Of a DNA stretch of 26,388 nt, positions 23,701 through 26,388 are shown one piece after another; position 1 is the first letter of the stretch, and every line of letters starts with the position of its first letter. The position numbers were made by a program, and so were the translations under genes. Location of the stretch: positions 1 to 26,388 of IMG/VR virus record IMGVR_UViG_3300032219_000218; one strand, written 5' to 3'. Source of the stretch: a virus. Lineage: Duplodnaviria; Caudoviricetes. Below the pieces are notes generated by a model. That model had not been told where the DNA came from. It searched no databases and saw only the letters and a list, made by a program, of their open reading frames with translations.

Positions 23701-26388
23701 AGGATCTTTATCCATAGCATTAAGAGTTGCTGAATGCAACACTTCATGACCAAAGGTAAGTAAATCAGCATGTTTATTAAGATGTAAACTACCTTCATCC
23801 CACACCCCTTCACTTACTTTTTTTCTATTATAAAAGCCAGGGATAAGATAACCTTCTTTATCCATTATTTCTTTAGTAGGATTAAGTACTAATGGTATTT
23901 CACTAATATATTTATTAGATCTAAGAAGTCTAAATAAAGCTTTTTCAATAGGGTTACCTAAGTTACCTTCTACTAAACGATCTAAAGCCTCACCAATAGT
24001 TTTAGCACCAGTTAATACATTGTGTGTATCTTCACTAGATAAACGTTCTTTACTAGAAAGTTGAGCTTCAGGGGGTTCATTAGTTTTTACCTCTTTAAGT
24101 GTTGCTTCTTTACTATTAATTTCTTTTAATATATCAGCTTTTTCTTGAGGATTTGTTTCTGATTGATGTAATGTTTTTAATCCATTAATTTCAGATTGAA
24201 GGTCTTCAACAGTATTATAATATTGTTGCCTTCTAGTAAATGACTCTTGTTCAGCTGCCGCAAAAGATGCTTGATTTTTATAATCAAAGGCAGACTGTGG
24301 TTCTTGATGTTCAGTTTTAACTCTTTGAAGTTTAAAGTCTAGGTATGATTGAAAGTCTTTAAATGCAGTTTCAGGTAAATTGTATAGTTTAGTCCATTCT
24401 TTATTAGCAAACTCACTGGCTAGCCCATCATAGTTTACTTCAATAGTTGGTTTACCTTTAGTTTCATGTATTCTAATATTATCTTTATCAGTATTACGAG
24501 TTTGTTGATGTGTGTCTACTTCAGTCTCAGCAATACCATGACGAGTAGCATAGTCAATCTTAGACTCTCTACGTAAATCTACAATTGGGATATCATCTAC
24601 TTGTTTAGGTATAAAGAACTCAGAGCCTCTAATCCTACTAATAATATCTTCTACTTTTTCTTTTGTTTTAAAGTTTACATTTTCAAATGATACGGCTTTA
24701 CCAAGACGAGTCTTGTCGCCACTTACTAATGGCATCATAAAACCACTAATAAGAATACGTGCTGGATCAAACTCACCTTGTACTGCTTGTGTTATACCTT
24801 CAATACCTACACCAAAACCTGTTGCAACTAAAGGTTCAGACCATGTTTTAAGTGACTTAAGTTTAGAAGCATCACCAGCTTTATATAAGTTATAAGCTTC
24901 ACCTATCTCTTTACGAGCTGCTGTAGATAAGCCATAACCACCATATAAACCAAAAGGTAAGAACCCACCTACCATAGCTGCTGTAGGGTGTTGTGCTTCA
25001 CCTTGTTCTAGGGTTTTGTTAACAGCTTCTGGAAGTAAGTTCTTTTGTACAGCACTAGCACCAGCATGCCCTGCTACAAAGGTACCAATGCGAGCTGCAA
25101 GATTAACAAGTAAAGGTACTACTGCTAAGGAAGCACCTCCTGTTGAAGGAGCTAGAGCAGCACCCACAATCTCTGATACTCCAAAGCCAATACCAGTAGG
25201 TATAACTTCTTTTAAAGCTGTTTGACCTAGTACTCTTAGAGCACTTTGTTCTTTGACTGGTTCTGCTGGTTTAGCCTCAGGTGCAGGAGTTTGTTGTTTA
25301 GGTATATTACTATAAATAGAAGACATATCATTGTAATATTGTTTAGCTAAGTCTTTTTGATTACTAGAAACTAAACCCTGTACAACCTGATCATTAAACT
25401 CTTTTGAAGGTAACCCTTTATTAGTTAGCATGCTAGATATATTATTGTAATAGTCTTTAGCTAAACCATGTTGTTTATTTTGTACTAATACTTCAACAAT
25501 TTTGTCATTAAAGTCAGTATTAAATGGTGTTTGAGGTGTTTGTTTAGGGCTTTGAGTACCCTTAAGAGTTTGTAAAACCTGTTGAGACATTGATAAAGGT
25601 ACATCAGGGTTTAATTGTTGAGGTGGGGGTTGAGTTCCATTAAGAGTAGATGAAACTTGTTGTACCATAGATTGTGGTACATCACTAGCTACATTAGGGT
25701 TTGTATTAGATGCTACTTGTATAGGTGGAGTATTAGCAAACACAGAGGATGCTTGTTGTTGCCCTTGAGGAGCATACATTTTTTCTTGATCTTGATGGAG
25801 GGATTGAGCATAAGTGTTAGCAGCATTAACAGTTTTAAATTTACCTAAGTGTTGACCAGATGATTGATAAGATTTAATAGCTTCATCATCAGACATAATA
25901 CGACCATCATCAGACACTGTAGGAATAAGTACTTCATTCTTACCATCATTAAAAGACATGCTACGAACTGTACTTATAGAACCATCTTTATTTTTTACAA
26001 CAGGCCTTTTAGTAAGATCAATGTTACCTTGTTCTACACTATTGTTAGCAAAGTTCTTTACAGAATTAGTTTCAGTAGGTGTAGTAAATGCTAGTTGATT
26101 TTGGAATCTACGGTTTTGAATACCTTGATTAAACTCACCATCTACTTTATTGTATTCTGGAAGTTTAGCAGCAATTTCATCAGTAGAACGTTTACCATTA
26201 TCAGTAAGAGCTAAGAAGTTCTTTTGACCAGTGTTATAATGAAAGTCAACTAAACTATTAACTTGTGAGTCATTCCAATCATAACCTTTAACTTTAGCAA
26301 AGTTACGTACAAACTTCTCACGAGTGTCAATATCTTTAAGTAAACGTTGTTCTGCTACTTTTTTAGATATAACTTCATCAGGACCAGA
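20710..26388 (-). CDS. Giant internal virion/ejection protein (>=1892 aa, 5' end outside the window)
   Basis: The frame stays open for 143 codons upstream of the track start (25959) to the edge. That part has a GH24 lysozyme-like segment ([13 protein letters not shown]...[17 protein letters not shown]). HEVLH zincin motif at 23734-23748. Gly/Ala-rich hydrophobic segments. Confidence 0.8.
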   Translation of the reverse strand, partial: SGPDEVISKKVAEQRLLKDIDTREKFVRNFAKVKGYDWNDSQVNSLVDFHYNTGQKNFLALTDNGKRSTDEIAAKLPEYNKVDGEFNQGIQNRRFQNQLAFTTPTETNSVKNFANNSVEQGNIDLTKRPVVKNKDGSISTVRSMSFNDGKNEVLIPTVSDDGRIMSDDEAIKSYQSSGQHLGKFKTVNAANTYAQSLHQDQEKMYAPQGQQQASSVFANTPPIQVASNTNPNVASDVPQSMVQQVSSTLNGTQPPPQQLNPDVPLSMSQQVLQTLKGTQSPKQTPQTPFNTDFNDKIVEVLVQNKQHGLAKDYYNNISSMLTNKGLPSKEFNDQVVQGLVSSNQKDLAKQYYNDMSSIYSNIPKQQTPAPEAKPAEPVKEQSALRVLGQTALKEVIPTGIGFGVSEIVGAALAPSTGGASLAVVPLLVNLAARIGTFVAGHAGASAVQKNLLPEAVNKTLEQGEAQHPTAAMVGGFLPFGLYGGYGLSTAARKEIGEAYNLYKAGDASKLKSLKTWSEPLVATGFGVGIEGITQAVQGEFDPARILISGFMMPLVSGDKTRLGKAVSFENVNFKTKEKVEDIISRIRGSEFFIPKQVDDIPIVDLRRESKIDYATRHGIAETEVDTHQQTRNTDKDNIRIHETKGKPTIEVNYDGLASEFANKEWTKLYNLPETAFKDFQSYLDFKLQRVKTEHQEPQSAFDYKNQASFAAAEQESFTRRQQYYNTVEDLQSEINGLKTLHQSETNPQEKADILKEINSKEATLKEVKTNEPPEAQLSSKERLSSEDTHNVLTGAKTIGEALDRLVEGNLGNPIEKALFRLLRSNKYISEIPLVLNPTKEIMDKEGYLIPGFYNRKKVSEGVWDEGSLHLNKHADLLTFGHEVLHSATLNAMDKDPVFAKQMDDFFEKLKATASKDELWESQTEKSMYGLESTREMISEAFASNRFQRWMSERPPLLDAKAPSAWQEFKDIIKDFLGNGKEKTETALDQLIDLTHQNLSKDPKFGDFTRKGGESNLRVKDNSYQSYLNNTAMEQAAINPFYNLDNLGLPPTPTNEKELADGAFISANAKMVDEIRSAKIYELAITNDKLTPEMQNNIRLHLEGINKFSDELNASVVDIDSTLKGLKEAIDSLKARAKDIYETNDFQFGTPKRNKYEEILGKQSRKETLTKEEQDFYDDIVFRINRPYRDLRDKWEELEFELPEKQTILKAERDKLNKQIETPTPLAPDEQIIYDKYYAPLIAELTKGYEYLKNINPDLANQLGEMRDGKFFFNRMMNPLTREQIKVMQENGTYENPNFFGKIKNTFAELGGKLEGGFDPDLGKLSSASKTRSFWVIKERNGDRTVVQIAKDGKIFKWEGQKAKLLGSMPERDRMLHEGDTFFGGHLSQGSIKELEEHAPITYNRNSLAVLLKKMEEVREEVRQDLFLKNLMSSPMMKDIALPTHVDGKLQEVPEGYIVPKNVQKYPPLAGYMFPTRVANIINDFARVWDPTVLTNLTNIIVKNMMVNPIAHMLNEAFHLYNARGLSGWVTPGGIARFHKHGKLAIDDVVNLSHFYEETIRLGGSLLSPGTRATAFQEALFGKGLNEFSKTGEFKELANDMGVSLKQLYNGISKQSNRAMWITRDIMYMQYLREIMETKGLSHPEAIFYAEKHMPNYRLPSMIGEKVVGENVGRGLSYVMQNPNISVFSRYHYGMVKSLVNMVREIGAIRKGAEGVKEFKQGIDSAAAVAVALAVVYPLMDMMAKSMTDNDKAKFRRAGPYHLIHAMEDVAAGSKSPAAAMNSVFTWNPALSGLVQLGMNTNWYNGQSIYNPQSDPVTLASDISRYVAQQLPMASQALRAQNDKSGEGVQAMAARQIDIESPTAAQYVSTEKRKREAAKDALRRNLQRQIRGF

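Noticed and set aside
4752-26094. Many short alternative-frame and antisense track ORFs (e.g. 5065-5265, 6355-6612, 11356-11670, 13641-13946, 18702-19109, 19945-20199, 24713-26094)
   Set aside because: They are nested in well-supported genes and show no evident RBS or recognisable motif, so they are treated as shadow ORFs.

Overview
About 26 kb of an AT-rich tailed-phage genome with two opposing arms and no RNA polymerase gene in the window, resembling SIO1/VpV262- or LUZ24-like podoviruses. The left end (minus strand) holds terS, a cupin, tiny basic proteins, an HNH-like gene and the start of terL. A ~1.2 kb non-coding region (2440-3690) has back-to-back sigma70 promoters, an IHF site and dense nested stem-loops. 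The plus arm carries small early genes, a SleB-like hydrolase, an amidoligase/glutamine amidotransferase/ATP-grasp module, primase, helicase, split PolA, SSB, nucleases, DUF3310 and a class II ribonucleotide reductase. The right end (minus strand) has DUF5675, a small gene and a giant virion protein (>=1892 aa) with lysozyme and HExxH motifs. The top finding is a 23-aa antisense ORF at 9841-9912, missed by the ORF track, encoding a PqqA PQQ-precursor peptide ([23 protein letters not shown]). It suggests a Methylophilaceae host and a cofactor-boosting auxiliary gene. Other findings are a candidate large structured RNA, a strand-polarised 11-mer repeat, twin covarying hairpins and leaderless promoters. 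All family calls come from recognising motifs by eye, not from database searches.
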